Of a stretch of DNA of 64,000 bases, positions 37,353-50,445 are shown one piece after another (the stretch's first letter is position 1; the number at the start of each line of letters is the position of its first letter). A model generated the notes under the pieces. The model saw only the letters and a list, made by a program, of their open reading frames with translations. It ran no database searches and had not been told where the DNA came from. The stretch is from positions 54,290,346 through 54,354,345 of the forward strand of contig NC_068993.1 of NCBI RefSeq assembly GCF_001194135.2. Direction: 5' to 3'. The translations under genes were made by a program, and so were the position numbers. The DNA is from Octopus bimaculoides (taxonomy: Eukaryota).

Positions 37353-39035
37353 NNNNNNNNNNNNNNNNNNNNNNNNNNNNNNNNNNNNNNNNNNNNNNNN
37401 NNNNNNNNNNNNNNNNNNNNNNNNNNNNNNNNNNNNNNNNNNNNNNNNNNNNNNNNNNNNNNNNNNNNNNNNNNNNNNNNNNNNNNNNNNNNNNNNNNNN
37501 NNNNNNNNNNNNNNNNNNNNNNNNNNNNNNNNNNNNNNNNNNNNNNNNNNNNNNNNNNNNNNNNNNNNNNNNNNNNNNNNNNNNNNNNNNNNNNNNNNNN
37601 NNNNNNNNNNNNNNNNNNNNNNNNNNNNNNNNNNNNNNNNNNNNNNNNNNNNNNNNNNNNNNNNNNNNNNNNNNNNNNNNNNNNNNNNNNNNNNNNNNNN
37701 NNNNNNNNNNNNNNNNNNNNNNNNNNNNNNNNNNNNNNNNNNNNNNNNNNNNNNNNNNNNNNNNNNNNNNNNNNNNNNNNNNNNNNNNNNNNNNNNNNNN
37801 NNNNNNNNNNNNNNNNNNNNNNNNNNNNNNNNNNNNNNNNNNNNNNNNNNNNNNNNNNNNNNNNNNNNNNNNNNNNNNNNNNNNNNNNNNNNNNNNNNNN
37901 NNNNNNNNNNNNNNNNNNNNNNNNNNNNNNNNNNNNNNNNNNNNNNNNNNNNNNNNNNNNNNNNNNNNNNNNNNNNNNNNNNNNNNNNNNNNNNNNNNNN
38001 NNNNNNNNNNNNNNNNNNNNNNNNNNNNNNNNNNNNNNNNNNNNNNNNNNNNNNNNNNNNNNNNNNNNNNNNNNNNNNNNNNNNNNNNNNNNNNNNNNNN
38101 NNNNNNNNNNNNNNNNNNNNNNNNNNNNNNNNNNNNNNNNNNNNNNNNNNNNNNNNNNNNNNNNNNNNNNNNNNNNNNNNNNNNNNNNNNNNNNNNNNNN
38201 NNNNNNNNNNNNNNNNNNNNNNNNNNNNNNNNNNTTATTTCGATAATTTCAACCAATCACTGACAAGTATTCAGCTGTTTACACTTACTCCTTTGGCAGT
38301 TTAAGCGGTGTAAAGCGTATTTAATCTCCATTTATAATTTCGTTAACATCTGCCTGAACTGTATGTGTACAACATTGGCTTTTTTCATTTTCTTTCACGC
38401 GTGTTTATTTCGTTAACATCTGCCTGAACTGTATGAAAGGTTTATTTGCTACTGCCTAACCCTACTGCCAATATGCTTCAGCCATTTTTTGACAAGGAAA
38501 TAATAATTTTATCACCGCCAGAATCGTTTGAGAATCGTTTGTTTACGTAGTCAACATTTAATGTATTCGACTGAATGGACATCAGTCATTGGTTGAAATT
38601 ACAGAAATACGACAACTTTAACATGAAATAACTTGCGATGTACGTTTTTTTGTTAAGAAGACTAAGAGAAAAAGATGTTTTATATGACACATTCTACCAG
38701 TGTCCCAAGTTTCAAAGTGTTTCGTTAAGAAAATACCGGTGCCCCCGTTTTGAACAAGATCCGAAGTTGGAGCCATTCTAAAATTAGGGAGATAGGTGTG
38801 AGGATGGTGGAGGAACATAAATACAGTAACTGTGAAATGAAATATGTATAAAGTATTGCTTCAACAGCAGAGAAAATAGATTACATGAACAGTCAATGTT
38901 GTTGTTATTGAGTATTCATAAGCGTGGAAATAGGGGGTGCAAACACAACCCCTAAAGATTTTTTTAGTTGGGGGTGCAATGAAAATGCTTTGGACATTTA
39001 CCACTTCTTTATACAGCTGACATCTTCTATTTCTG

Positions 39036-39340
39036 GCATTCCATTGGTTATGACAACTAGGGTTCCAGTTGATCCGATCAATGGAACAGCCTGCTCATGG
39101 AATTAACATGCAAGTGGCTGAGCACTCCACAGACACACATACCCTTAATGTAGTTCTCAAGGAGATTCAGTGTGATACAAAATGTGAAAAGGCTGGCCCC
39201 TTTGAATTACAGGTACAACTCATTTTTTCCAGTTGGAGCAACATGAAACAAAGTGTCTTGCTCAAGAACAAAATATGCTGCAAGGAATCAAACTCCTGTC
39301 CTTATGACCACGAGTCAAATATGTTGACAACTAAACCATG
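39036..39340 (-). mobile_element. SINE family C, full length
   Basis: Reverse complement of 54490-54807 (gggttccagttgatccgatcaatggaacagcctgc...aagtgtcttgctcaagaac...ggaatcaaactc). Confidence 0.88.
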
Positions 39341-39659
39341 TGCCTTCATCTTCTATACACATCATATGGCCATACTGCTTCCAATTCTTCTTGTGTCTAG
39401 ATTTCTTTCAGCTCATTTGCCCTCCATCATTCATATACACCAACATACATTACACATGCTCACCTCATCTCTTTCCAGCCTTTAAACATTCTCCATATTC
39501 CAAGACCCATGTTTTACTACAATGTGGCATTGCACTTTGTATAATCAAAAGAGGTCAATAACAACCGGAACTTTTCTCTCACACTGGAAACTATGTTTTC
39601 AGAACATCTTCTGCTGATATCAACAGATACCAGTTACTTCAAGGGAGCCTTCGAAGCAT

Positions 39660-39859
39660 TTAACCCTTTAGCATTCGGATTACTGTCAAATGTAATACTT
39701 ACTTATTTACATTGTTTTGAATTAATCATGCAATATCTCCATAGCCTGGTGAATTTGATGATGTGATTGTTTAGTTTTAGAATAACATTGGCTGGTCTGA
39801 ACACAAAACATGTAGAATATTTTGGCCAAATATGGCTATTTTAAATGCTAAATGGCTAA
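39660..39859 (+). mobile_element. piggyBac-like MITE (TTAA-flanked)
   Basis: TTAA-CCCTTTAGCATT ... AATGCTAAATGG-CTAA termini; four related copies in the window. Confidence 0.75.
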
Positions 39860-40174
39860 AGAAATTTATTTCATATCAATTCTTACTAATAATTACATTC
39901 ATACCTCTGCCACATATGAAATCTACCTTCCTTGTCAGTCTGCCCTTGATCTCACTACACCTCTTATCTATCCATAATTTTCAGTACATATATTGTATGG
40001 AATCCAGCCTATTCCTTTTCTGCGTATCAAGTTTGGCCGCTTTGTTGAACACAGTATTATCCTAAATTTACTGCTAGCCAAATCTTTAATCTTTGCTTTG
40101 TTTTCTTTGAGGTTTCTTGATTCTAGGATTTGCTTCTAAGTTGTCTCACTAGAAAGAAGACATCAGAAAAGTGG

Positions 40175-40345
40175 TCCTGGCATAAATTTAAACTGCATTT
40201 TGTTGAGGCTAATTCTCTTCTTAATCAGTTGTGCTATGTCTCAGTAACTTCCACAGCCTGGTCTATCAACGTAACACATCTATAGTTGTCTTCCTCTAGA
40301 ACAAGCATAAGCAACCGTTTTTGAGAAGCAGACCACATGGCACAT
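40175..40345 (-). mobile_element. Old RTE LINE RT N-terminal fragment
   Basis: NYRCVTLIDQAVEVTE/IAQLIKKRISLNKMQFKFMPG, homologous to the + strand fragment at 50540-50670. Confidence 0.6.
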
Positions 40346-40453
40346 GGCTCATCATTAGGTGAACTGCACTACTAAATATATTCAAGCTAATTTTTCACTA
40401 GTATGCATTCAGAAAGTCTCACAGGCCACAAGTTTCCCATGACTGGTCCAGAG

Positions 40454-40777
40454 CAGTGGTTCCCAAAGTGAGTGGTATTGCCCTCTTGGGGGTTTTGAAG
40501 AAAAGTGGGGTGATAATGGGGTAGTGATTCATGTAAAAAGTGGGGTGATAATGGGGTAGTGATTCATGTAAAAAGTGGGGCGATAATGGGGTAGCGATTC
40601 ATGTAACAACAACAAAGTAATGGGTTTGTTAGGTTAAATTTTATTTGTGAAATACAGTTGCTTTGAATTTGTTTCAGAAAGAGGTCTATGTTTGTGATGG
40701 TCAGTTGGGGTGGGAGCACTAGGAATGTGACCTGGATGTCAAGGGGGCACCAGCCAGAAAATGTTTGGGGACCACAG
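40454..40777 (+). mobile_element. hAT (Charlie-like) MITE with an internal 3 x 35-bp tandem repeat
   Basis: TIRs CAGTGGTTCCCAAA / TTTGGGGACCACAG (12/14). The 8-bp flanks gtccagag / gtctagaa fit the Charlie NTCTAGAN target consensus. The unit aaaagtggggtgataatggggtagtgattcatgta occurs three times at 40501-40605. Confidence 0.8.
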
Positions 40778-41401
40778 GTCTAGAACAATTCTTTGTTACT
40801 TGACGGTATTGCTCCACTAATCATTGATTATAATACCTTCCTGTCTGACTATGTGTGTGATTTACACATGACCGACTTTGCCAGGTATTTTCAGCAGCTC
40901 AGGGACTGTTCCTTATGCTTCACTTCACTTCTCTGCCTTCACATCCATAATTGCACATTTGACTGTCCCTTTGTCAACTTCAATGAATTTTCCCTCTCTC
41001 TCTCCGTCCGTCCCTGCAATTAACTCTTTATTTCATACCACTTTCTTTTTTAACATTAATGAGGGCAAATGTGTCTCTTTCATTCCATACAGGCTTCTCC
41101 TTTACAATACCTCCCTTGTAATACACTATTTTGCCATACAGAACATGTTATATCCCAGGGTGTTGTGTGACTGCTATGTTTTCCTAATGCTATGCAGTTG
41201 TGGTGATTGCCAAGATTCATCATACTGTCTGGCATGTAATGTGGCTGCCATGTTTATATTTTTCATTCTCCAGTTTGTTTTATGGCTGTTTGGTTAAGGA
41301 AAACTCATTTCACAGCTACAGAGTTCTAGATTGAATCTAGATGACACCTTGAGCTACCACACATTCATGCCAGCACCTTTATAAAATTCTTACTAATTTT
41401 G

Positions 41402-41603
41402 GTGCAAGACCAGCAATTCTGAGAAAAGAGTTAAGCGATTACATTGACCCCAGGGCTCAAACGATACTTTATCAATCCTTAAAGCATGAAAAGCAAATCC
41501 GAACTGGGCAGAATTTGAACTCAGGACATAAAGAGACAGAAGAAGAAATAGCATTAAACATTTTGACCCACGTAGTAATGTTTCTGCCAGCTCGCTGCCT
41601 TAC
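41402..41603 (-). mobile_element. SINE family A, full length
   Basis: gcgattacattgaccccag...gcagaatttgaactcagg...tttctgccagctcgctgcc (head). Confidence 0.8.
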
Positions 41604-41904
41604 TGAATTTCATAATATCAAACAAATAATACAGATGAAGTAATGAGATGGATAGCAGATTAGATCTCTGATATTTCTAAGTAAATATGAGGAAAATATG
41701 AAATTATAATCTATTAAGGCTGAATATTAAGAAGGTCACATGGTCACAGAATGGATATGTCTTCACCAAGAGATATATTAATGCATATTTTATTTGCAGG
41801 GAAATGAAACTCAAGAAATGTGTGTGTGTGTGTTTATCAACTTTCCATATATAAAATCTCTGCCTAAATGAGGATCACACAACACATTCTTTAGGTGAAA
41901 GTAT

Positions 41905-42040
41905 GACTGTTTGGTTAAGAAGCTCTCTTTGTAATCACATGGTTTTGGGTTCAGTTCCACTGCGCAGCACCTTGGGTATGTTTTTCTATTGCTCCTGACT
42001 GATCAATGCCTTGTGAGTGAATTTGGTAGACAGAAGGTAC
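41905..42040 (+). mobile_element. SINE family B, 5' half
   Basis: ggttaagaagctc...gggttcagttccactgcgcagcaccttggg...gccttgtgagtgaatttggtagacagaag. Confidence 0.78.
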
Positions 42041-42060
42041 ATACATACATACATATATAT

Positions 42061-42140
42061 AGCCTGGTGTAGCCATCCGGTTGCACCAGTCCTCAGTCAA
42101 ATCGCCCAACCCATGCTAGCATGGAAAGCGGACGTTAAAC

Positions 42141-42170
<30 letters not shown>
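42061..42170 (+). mobile_element. RTE 3' terminal fragment with a (GAT)n tail
   Basis: cctcagtcaaatcgcccaacccatgctagcatggaaagcggacgttaaacgatgatgatg. Confidence 0.85.
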
Positions 42171-42203
<33 letters not shown>

Positions 42204-42213
42204 NNNNNNNNNN

Positions 42214-42420
42214 ACTCCAAGACTTATTCTTTGTAAGCCTAGCACTTATTCTGTTGATCTCTTTTGCTAAGTTACAGGGACGTAAACACACCAACATTGA
42301 TCGTCAAGCGATGGTGGAGGGACAAACACAGACACACACATATACAACAGGTTTCTTTCAGTTTCCATCTATCAAATCCACTCACAAGGCTTTGGTCAGC
42401 CCGAGTTTATAGTAGAAGAT
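42214..42420 (-). mobile_element. SINE family B, internal and 3' part
   Basis: gacttattctttgtaagcctagcacttattc...gtaaacacaccaacattgatcgtcaagcgatgg...ctcacaaggctttggtcagccc. Confidence 0.8.
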
Positions 42421-44705
42421 ATAAGGCAAAGAGCAAAGAAACGAGGAAAGTGTTAAGTCGAGTAGTCTCTTTAATTTTATTTCGCCAAGGACTTGACAAA
42501 CTTTCTAGTGCTAGTGTCACGAAAAATACGCACACAGTAGACTCTGTAAAAGTGATTGGTGATAGGAAGGACATGAAGCCGTTGAAACCAAACCAAAATG
42601 AGAAACGTACGATTGCTAGTCTATGAAAGCAGCGGATTTTAACGAGAACTGACTAGATTGTTAACCCGCCTAACCCATGTCGGCGTGGAAAGCGAGCGTA
42701 AAATGATGTTGATGATAATGATAACAACGTGGTATGTAATAAGGCCAACACTGGAGTATTTTATGTTGTAGCAGTGAACTTTCTGTAGATTTAGCTTCTT
42801 TAAAACACATCTGTTCTCCACGTTTTACTTAACGGTTTTCAAGACTAAATTATCAAGTGAACTTTCCTCCGAGTGTTAGAAAGGATCTAACACAGTTGAT
42901 GTTTCCACATCTGGTTATTACTGTAAGCCATTTCAGCAATCTAATTTACTGTGGTGGTGGTGGTGGTGGTGGTGATACATTAAGAAAATGTCAGTGAAGA
43001 AGTGTTTTGTTTGAAGTGGCTGAGTGTATTAATATCTGCAATATTGGCAATGTGTTTGAGAGAGAATGAGAGAGAGAGAGAGAGAGAGATGTGAGGGAGA
43101 GTCAGAAAGAATGAAAGCGATCCAATAATACACTGACTGACATATTGCTTTCTATCTAAAACAGAAATTAAAATGGAAGCTTCTGTCAAATTATGTACAC
43201 ACACAAAACCCCATACACTCAGACATACACACGGAGCCACACATTGTTAATAGTAGTGAATAACTAGTTCAACAAAGGACTATCAGGTGTACGCGAAAAC
43301 AGGAATTAAACTGCTTATTATACAATATTGGTTGTTCAAGACAGTTGGGCAATATTTAACACATAGTGCCATCTTTTATGTTTCTAGAAGTGGACATATT
43401 CTATCAGTGGCCAAATATGGCAGCAATATGTTTAGAAGATAAAAGCTGTGAATATGGACTAAATCTGCTCTAAGGTTCGCAAGTTTAATTAACTAGCTAA
43501 CTTGCAGATAATTAACAATTATCATAAATTATTCAGCTGGCAGAATAATAATCCTTATTGGTGGTATACATTAAATCCTTTGTTTTATTTTGTGTGACAT
43601 GTCTCTACAACATTTAACGTATGGTCGGTCATTGATGTGTATTACTTCGCCATGTCACATTTTAAATGTGCTTTTATTACAACCTGCTTGTTTAACAGAA
43701 GTATAATATGAGCGCTATGTGTGTGTGCGTGCGTGCGTGCGTGTGTGTGTGTGTGTGTGCGCCTGTCTATATATAAGTCACTGTATGCTTCTGTTACTTT
43801 TCCAAGTGTGGCATCTGGTGCACAGTATGTACGTATAATTTGTGTGTGTGTCAGTGTGAGTGATTGTTCCGAAGTGAAGATATGCCAGTTCATGTATGCG
43901 TGTTAATCTAGCTAAAGCAAAAGAGAGGTATACAGAGAGAGAACAAAGCATAACCTGCATACTTGGCTCTTTCTCCTTACCCTGACTCCCAACTAACCAG
44001 TCTACTCTCTCTCTCTCTCTCCCCTCCAACACGTCTTCTCACTATATAATTCAAACATACATACTTACAGGTTCACACAACCACCAGCATTTGCTGTTCT
44101 TTCATTCACACAAATCTTAACGATTGCTTTTCGTAATCTGAACATTTCAGATTTATAGGGTTGGGTAGTCAGTCAGAACAGGCAGATTTGGGCATTGATG
44201 CTTCTCCTAGAGGTCTTTATCCTACCTTTGTAAAAGGAGCTAAGCATTTGCTATGAGGACTATGTTGATCTATCTGCCCAGAAGAATATTTGATCGAAAC
44301 TACTAACAGAATGGCAGGTATATAGGGAGGAATAACAAGAACGGCAATGACGATGTTTCTAATATTGAGCTGGTTAATTGCAAGAAGCAAGTGTTTCTGG
44401 ACAGCTGTAGCAATCAAGGATTATGAGCTGTAAATAAAGAGAGAAAAAGGTAAAAAAACATAGAAAGCAGGCATCGAGTGCTTGTGTAGAGAAGATTGTA
44501 AACTGGGCTAAAGTCTGCAATGGCAGAGGTGGGTGGTGAAACATCTATCAGCAAGAGGAGGAGGAGCAAATGGATTGAATTATTATCTTTTGAAAGCTAA
44601 ATGAAATACAGGATAGTTAATAAAATGTTGTCTATTTTGCTTCAGTTGGACAGTCAGCAAGGGTGGGCGATGTGGAAGAGATGAAGGAATGGGAGGGACA
44701 AATGT

Positions 44706-44736
<31 letters not shown>

Positions 44737-47700
44737 ATGAGTGAGGCGGAGATAAAAATTAGAGTGAGCGAAGAAAAGAAAAAAGATAATGAAAATGAAT
44801 GGAAGGAAAAAGGTGGAAGAAGCAAGTAGAAACAATCTGGAATAGTAAGAGGGTAAATGGGGGGGGGGAGAAAGTGTGAGACTTAGTACAAAGTAATATA
44901 TGTGTGTAATTGAGAAAGAGGAGATTGTTTAGAAAAGAGAACTAAATAAATAACATCTTGGTGCTTAAATCTTATTGATTTTTTTACCTTATTCTATTTA
45001 ACCATTGACTTTATTTCTAAATCTTTCTCCCGTCATTTCTCCCTCCCCCCATCTCTCTCCTTTACTCTTGTGTATCCATGTACTCTTTTTTCTTTCTTTC
45101 TTGGCTCTATCTTTTTTATTTCTTACTGTCTCTCTAGTATTTCTATCTCCGGTATCTTCAGTCTCCCAAGGTCCATTTTCACTGGTATTCCCTTAAAAAA
45201 AAAAAATATTGGTTTGGTTTGTAGGAAGGAACTAATCGCAGGCTCTCTAAGGAAGATAAGACTGACGCACGGATAAGTCGATAGCTGCAGGGAAATTGTG
45301 TAGGTTAGAGTTGTGGCCGGCTAACGTTCTGGGGACGAAGGATCGTGAACGTTATGTGGGGCCTAGGGTGGCGGACATAATGTAGGTGATGGGCAGAGGC
45401 AAGAGGAATTAGTAAGGTGGGCCTGGGTTAATCTGATACAAGGCCAGTCACCTCAGAGGACCAGAGGCCCCTCTAATTACTGTAGAAAATACAGACAGGA
45501 GACAAGCCGGTCTGTGTACCAAAGGTTGGAGTTCGTTGCTGAGCGATTGCTTGGTAATCAGTCGTTGAATCTAAGCATCATTTATAGCACCGTGTCTCTC
45601 TAGTACCTTGTTTCAACCTCCTCTTTAATCTACCGTTTTCCGTAACATCCTACATCTCGCTCTCATCTGACTCCCTGCCTTTCTATTTTCACTCTCTCAT
45701 AACCTTCTGCTCCTCTTTCTCCTAATTCCTTGCTTTTCTACTCTCTCTCTCTCTCTCTCTTTTCTCGCCCGTTGTTCCTACCTGGCTACATCCTACTCTA
45801 CCTCTTGCAATGCGTCTCCGCCTTTCTCGTTGCCCAAAACTCTCTACCTAAATCCCTACCTCTCTCTCTCTCAGCTCCCTACCTGCTTTTCCCTCCATTT
45901 TCTTACCTTTCCTATTCCTGTCTCTTTAGTTTTCTCCCTCTCTGTTCCTCTTACTCTCCTTTCCTCAATTTTCTCTTTCACACGCCTGCAACCTCATCCT
46001 CCTTTACCTTCACTACATCTCTTTAACCTTTCTTTTTTCTTTCACTTCCCTTTTTCTCGTTAATTTTTCACATTCCTCCCTCTTTCTTACTCCTCCCTCA
46101 CTACCTCACATTCCTCCCTCTCACTTTATCACTCTCTCTCTCTCTCTTCGTGTTTTCTACCTACTCTCCGCCTTCTCGTTTACCAAACTAGTTCTTCCTC
46201 TTCTCTCACATTATTCCACTCATTCATTCATTTATTTCTCTTTTCAATATGTCACATAACTCACGCTACCTCTCTTCCACTCCTCTCACTCCATCAATTC
46301 TTTCTGCATCTTTCATACTCTTCTGATACTCCGCCACCATTTACATCGTCGTCATCTTAACGAAAGAAGCTTGTAGTTCTATAAAGATGGTCGAATGTAG
46401 TTGAGAAGTGAAAGCAATCGCCATGCTTTTACGGAAAGAGTTTAAACTAAAATGTTCAAGACATGATATCGTGGCGGCGGCGGCAGAGTGGTGGTGGTGG
46501 TGATGGTAATGGAAGTGAACAGATGTAATAGTCGTGTTAGCAGTCGGATGGTGGTGGTTGATGGTAGTAACTATGGTGATAGTAGCGGTGATGACGTGAG
46601 TGGGCTGGTTAGGAGTTGTTTAGCCCAAGGTAGTACTGACTGAGCGCACTATGATCAAAGGTATTCCATCAATCCATGAATAACCCCTCATTTTCACGAG
46701 CACAGGGAATCCAGGACTACGTTGTACATGCCATTCTTTTTTTTTAAGACGATAGAGAGTGATTTAAGGGAGTTTCGGTTACTATTTCTACCCTTTCGAG
46801 CAGCCACGTACAGGCTCTCTCGTTGGCTTGTGATGATAGTGGAGACTGTTGGCGATAACTAGTAGATGGTGGTAACGGTGACTATGGTGAAGATAGTGAC
46901 AGTAGAAGCATAATGGTGGTAGTAATGGTAATGATAGTGGAGGTAGTTAGAGGGGACAATTGGGGGTGGGGGTAATGAGGACTGACCGGGAGAGACTACT
47001 CCCCTCTTTCTCTGTCAAGAAATAACGAGATATTGACAAGAAAGACAGTAATAGAGGAATCTTCTGGAAACAAAAACAGCAGGTTTCATTGATTTTCTTT
47101 TCCTTTCCTTTTTCAGCTTTAAAGGATAAATAAGTGATAAATTTATCAGGAAAACTCTGCTGTGCAGAAAGTCGTTTAAGGGTCAGAATGTAGTGCTGCT
47201 TAGGTAAGAGGGATTTAGTCAAGGCTGTAGGGAGGGAAAAACATACATAATGCCATAATACTTCTAAAAGCCTCTTTCTCTCTCTCTCTCTCTCTCTCCT
47301 CCTTCGAGCTAAGGAACACTTGAGAATATTCCGTTTCAATAAAATCTTATCCAAGAGAGATATAAATACTGTTCTTTCACCCGCCCTTTGGTCTCTCTTC
47401 TAGCCCCTTTTTAGATACACTTTGTGTAAACACACACACACAAAACACAAACATATCCATCTGTATGAATATAAATAATCGAACACATGCACCAGTATAT
47501 CAAATAATATGTGAGTTAGTGTGAATACCAGGAAATAAAACGACTGAAACAACAGTCTTGTTTTTAAGTTGGAATTCGTTATCTACTCCATTTACACGCG
47601 CGCGCAAGCACCCACACTCACGTGCACATACATGAACATGGGGCAAACGATGGCATTGAAGTTAAATAGATTGCGGTGTATATTAATCGGAAGTGACCTT

Positions 47701-48384
47701 TTAGCTAGCTGGTCAGCAGTTGAGGACCTTATATATATCGATAGTACTGTCGTTATCTTTCGCTGGCTCTCACACAAACAAAATGAGCTAAGAGAAATAA
47801 CTCGGAGTGGCCAGTGACCTGTATATGAACAACATCGCCAGATACAGGAAAATCAAATGCCATGCAACATAAATTCTCGATTAATTAAAAATATCTCCAC
47901 CTTTAGCGAATTTATCATAATTACCAAATCATAATAAGAACAACCTCTTATGAGAAGGGGAGATAATTTTAAAACTGAAGATTTCTCCTAAGTTGACATG
48001 TTATTTGGGAACGGACAAATTTATTGTCTGGAGACAAGAGGACAGTTGTGTGCATGAGTTTCTGCCTCAACAGGTGTCCCCAGCTCTACAATTGACTTAC
48101 AGTTCTTGCTTCTTGAGATTATCTCCCTTTCTCAGCTTCAGCTGTTCTCAGTTACCATTTGATAATTGGGACACATCTTCTAGAGGTGGAGATAGTTTTA
48201 ATAAATCAAGAATGTATGTTGTAAGGCAAGTGATATTCCTGTATTTCCTTCTCTCTCTCTGGTACCACAAAGACCCTGTCAGCACTGGTGCCATGCAAAA
48301 AAAAAAAAACACCCAGTACACTCGGTGTTATTATGTATGTGTGTGTATGTGTGTATGTATTTGTGCATTCACGTGTGTGTGTGT

Positions 48385-48608
48385 GTGTTATAATCATCAG
48401 CATTTAGCATCCATTTTCCATGCTGGCATCGGTTGGATGGTTTGACAGGAACTGGTAAGGCCAGGAGCCACACCAAGCTCCATTGTCTGTTCTGGCATGG
48501 TTTTTACAGTTTGATGCCCTTCCTGATGCCAACAGAGTGTACTGGGTGCTTTTTGCATGGCACCAGTGCTGACAGGGTCTATGTGGTACCAGAGAGAGAG
48601 AGAGAAGG
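48385..48608 (-). mobile_element. RTE-related 3' end / SINE-like copy
   Basis: catccattttccatgctggcatcggttggatgg...gatgcccttcctgatgccaac, the reverse complement of the 7530-7752 type. Confidence 0.75.
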
Positions 48609-48955
48609 CAATGACTGGTGACCAAGACCTATGGCAATGTGCTGTGCTTGAGAGGACCTGTCAAGCCAAGTGCACTCATGCTGGTGGTATATAAAGAACA
48701 CATTTCAAGCTTTGGGCCTCATGGAGGCAAAGTTGCTGAGTTCCTTTTGAGTGTTGGGCCTCACAGAGGCAATGACTCAGTCTACTTTTCCATGCTTGCA
48801 TGGAAAAGTAGACGTTAAAGTAGTGATGTATATAGTAAGTAAAATAAAAAAACCTTGATGAATCAAGTTAGGAGAGGGGGAGATTCCCAGCGGAAGTTTT
48901 CAAAATCTAAAAACAATAATCGTGAGAGATATCACGTGATTGTGATCGACTAGTA

Positions 48956-49245
48956 CAGAGTTTCTCACTCTTTTTGGGCCACCGACCGCCTCATGGCCAC
49001 ATAATACCCTCAGCGCCCCCACCCCTATTTTACTAATTTATATATACTACGAATCATTTATAATTATATAAATGACTATATAATTAGTATACAATACTAT
49101 ATTAATATAATAAATTCCTAGCATCCCCCAATTCACTGCCTTCCTCCCAATGCCTCCTTTTTCTCTACCCCCCACTCCTGTCCGCCTGGACCGTCTCAAC
49201 GGCCACGGGGGGGGGGGGCAGTAGGGCCCACTTTGGGAACCTATC
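48956..49245 (+). mobile_element. Degenerate hAT (Charlie-like) MITE
   Basis: Left end cagagtttctcactctttttgggccacc, right end gggcccactttgggaacc; approximate flanks gactagta / gactaggt. Confidence 0.45.
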
Positions 49246-49339
49246 GACTAGGTATATTGTTACACTATGCACTTTGCATCGTTTTAGCGAGCAGGCCAAC
49301 ATTTACCCTGATCGGAAGGGCACTTCTGTTGCAGCGTTA

Positions 49340-49478
49340 CCTATTAACACTTGAACGGACTCGAGCATCGTGAAATGAAGTGTTTTGCCCAAGAACACAA
49401 TGCGCCGCGCGCTCCGAAAATCGAACCCACGATCTAGCGATCGTGAGAGCAACATTCTTAACCACTAGGCCACATGCC
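49340..49478 (-). mobile_element. SINE family C head (tRNA plus CORE-like segment)
   Basis: gtgaaatgaagtgttttgcccaagaacacaatgc...aatcgaacccacgatc...accactaggccacatgcc. Confidence 0.78.
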
Positions 49479-50244
49479 TTCACCTGAGAAATATAACACC
49501 AATAAAATCGATTAACTGAAATATTTAGAATATCAGGCATCACTGATTGGAGTCGCTTGTAATGTGAAAGCAAAGGCCATGTTTTGGTATCATTAAATTT
49601 CAGGGGAGATGTTAAATTCTGCATGTCTATAGGCAAACTGCGGCCCGTAGAACTTTCTGAATAGTGCGTCTAATGAAAAATTACCTTGAAAATTTTTTTA
49701 GTGTTGCGGTTTACCTTTGTTGAGTCATGTCTCATTTGGCCCACTTATTGTAAAAAAGGTTGTTCATGCATGATCTATATTATAATAAAGGAAGTATGCG
49801 GAACAGAAGAATTGCAGTGACACTGAATATGAATATCAACAACCTTTATAGGCCTAGCATAACATTCAACATACTCATATACATACCTTTGCGCTCACAC
49901 ACTCACCCACAAACACGAACACACACACACACGCACGCACGTACACAGATTGTCATCTTTTCCATGGCTTCCAGTGTAGTGGGAAGAGGGGAAAAAAATA
50001 AGCAGCCATGAAGAACAATAAAGCATAAAGTCATTCTGACTTAACTGTGTCAGCTGGTTGTCAGGTTAGTTAGACATAGCTTCCCTTTACTCTTAAAGTG
50101 CTTTTCTCACAGAGAAATATACACTATACTGCTTCCGCTTCCCCCACTATCGCCATTGTGTCAAACACACACACACATTCCTTGTTTCTAGTTACTATTT
50201 CTCTTCATTTATATATATATATCTTCTGCCTTTTGTTTCACTCA

Positions 50245-50445
50245 TTGGATTGTGTCCATGCAGGAGCACCACCTGCAAGGGCTTTTGTCAAACAAATCGA
50301 CCCCCAACCATTACATTTATTTTTTCAAGATTGGTACTGATTCTATCGGTTTTTGTTTTTTTGCTAAACTGCTAAATTACTAGGAACGTAAACAAATCAA
50401 CGCCAGTCGTCAAGCGGTCGATGGAGAACAAACATAACACACACA
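50245..50445 (-). mobile_element. SINE family B, 3' half
   Basis: catgcaggagcacc...aaatcgacccc...gctaaattactaggaacgtaaac...cgtcaagcgg. Confidence 0.7.

Noticed and set aside
37243-38263. ORFs of 313-337 aa
   Set aside because: Almost entirely N gap.
40501-40605. CRISPR-like 35-bp repeats
   Set aside because: Direct tandem units with no spacers, inside a eukaryotic MITE, and no cas genes.
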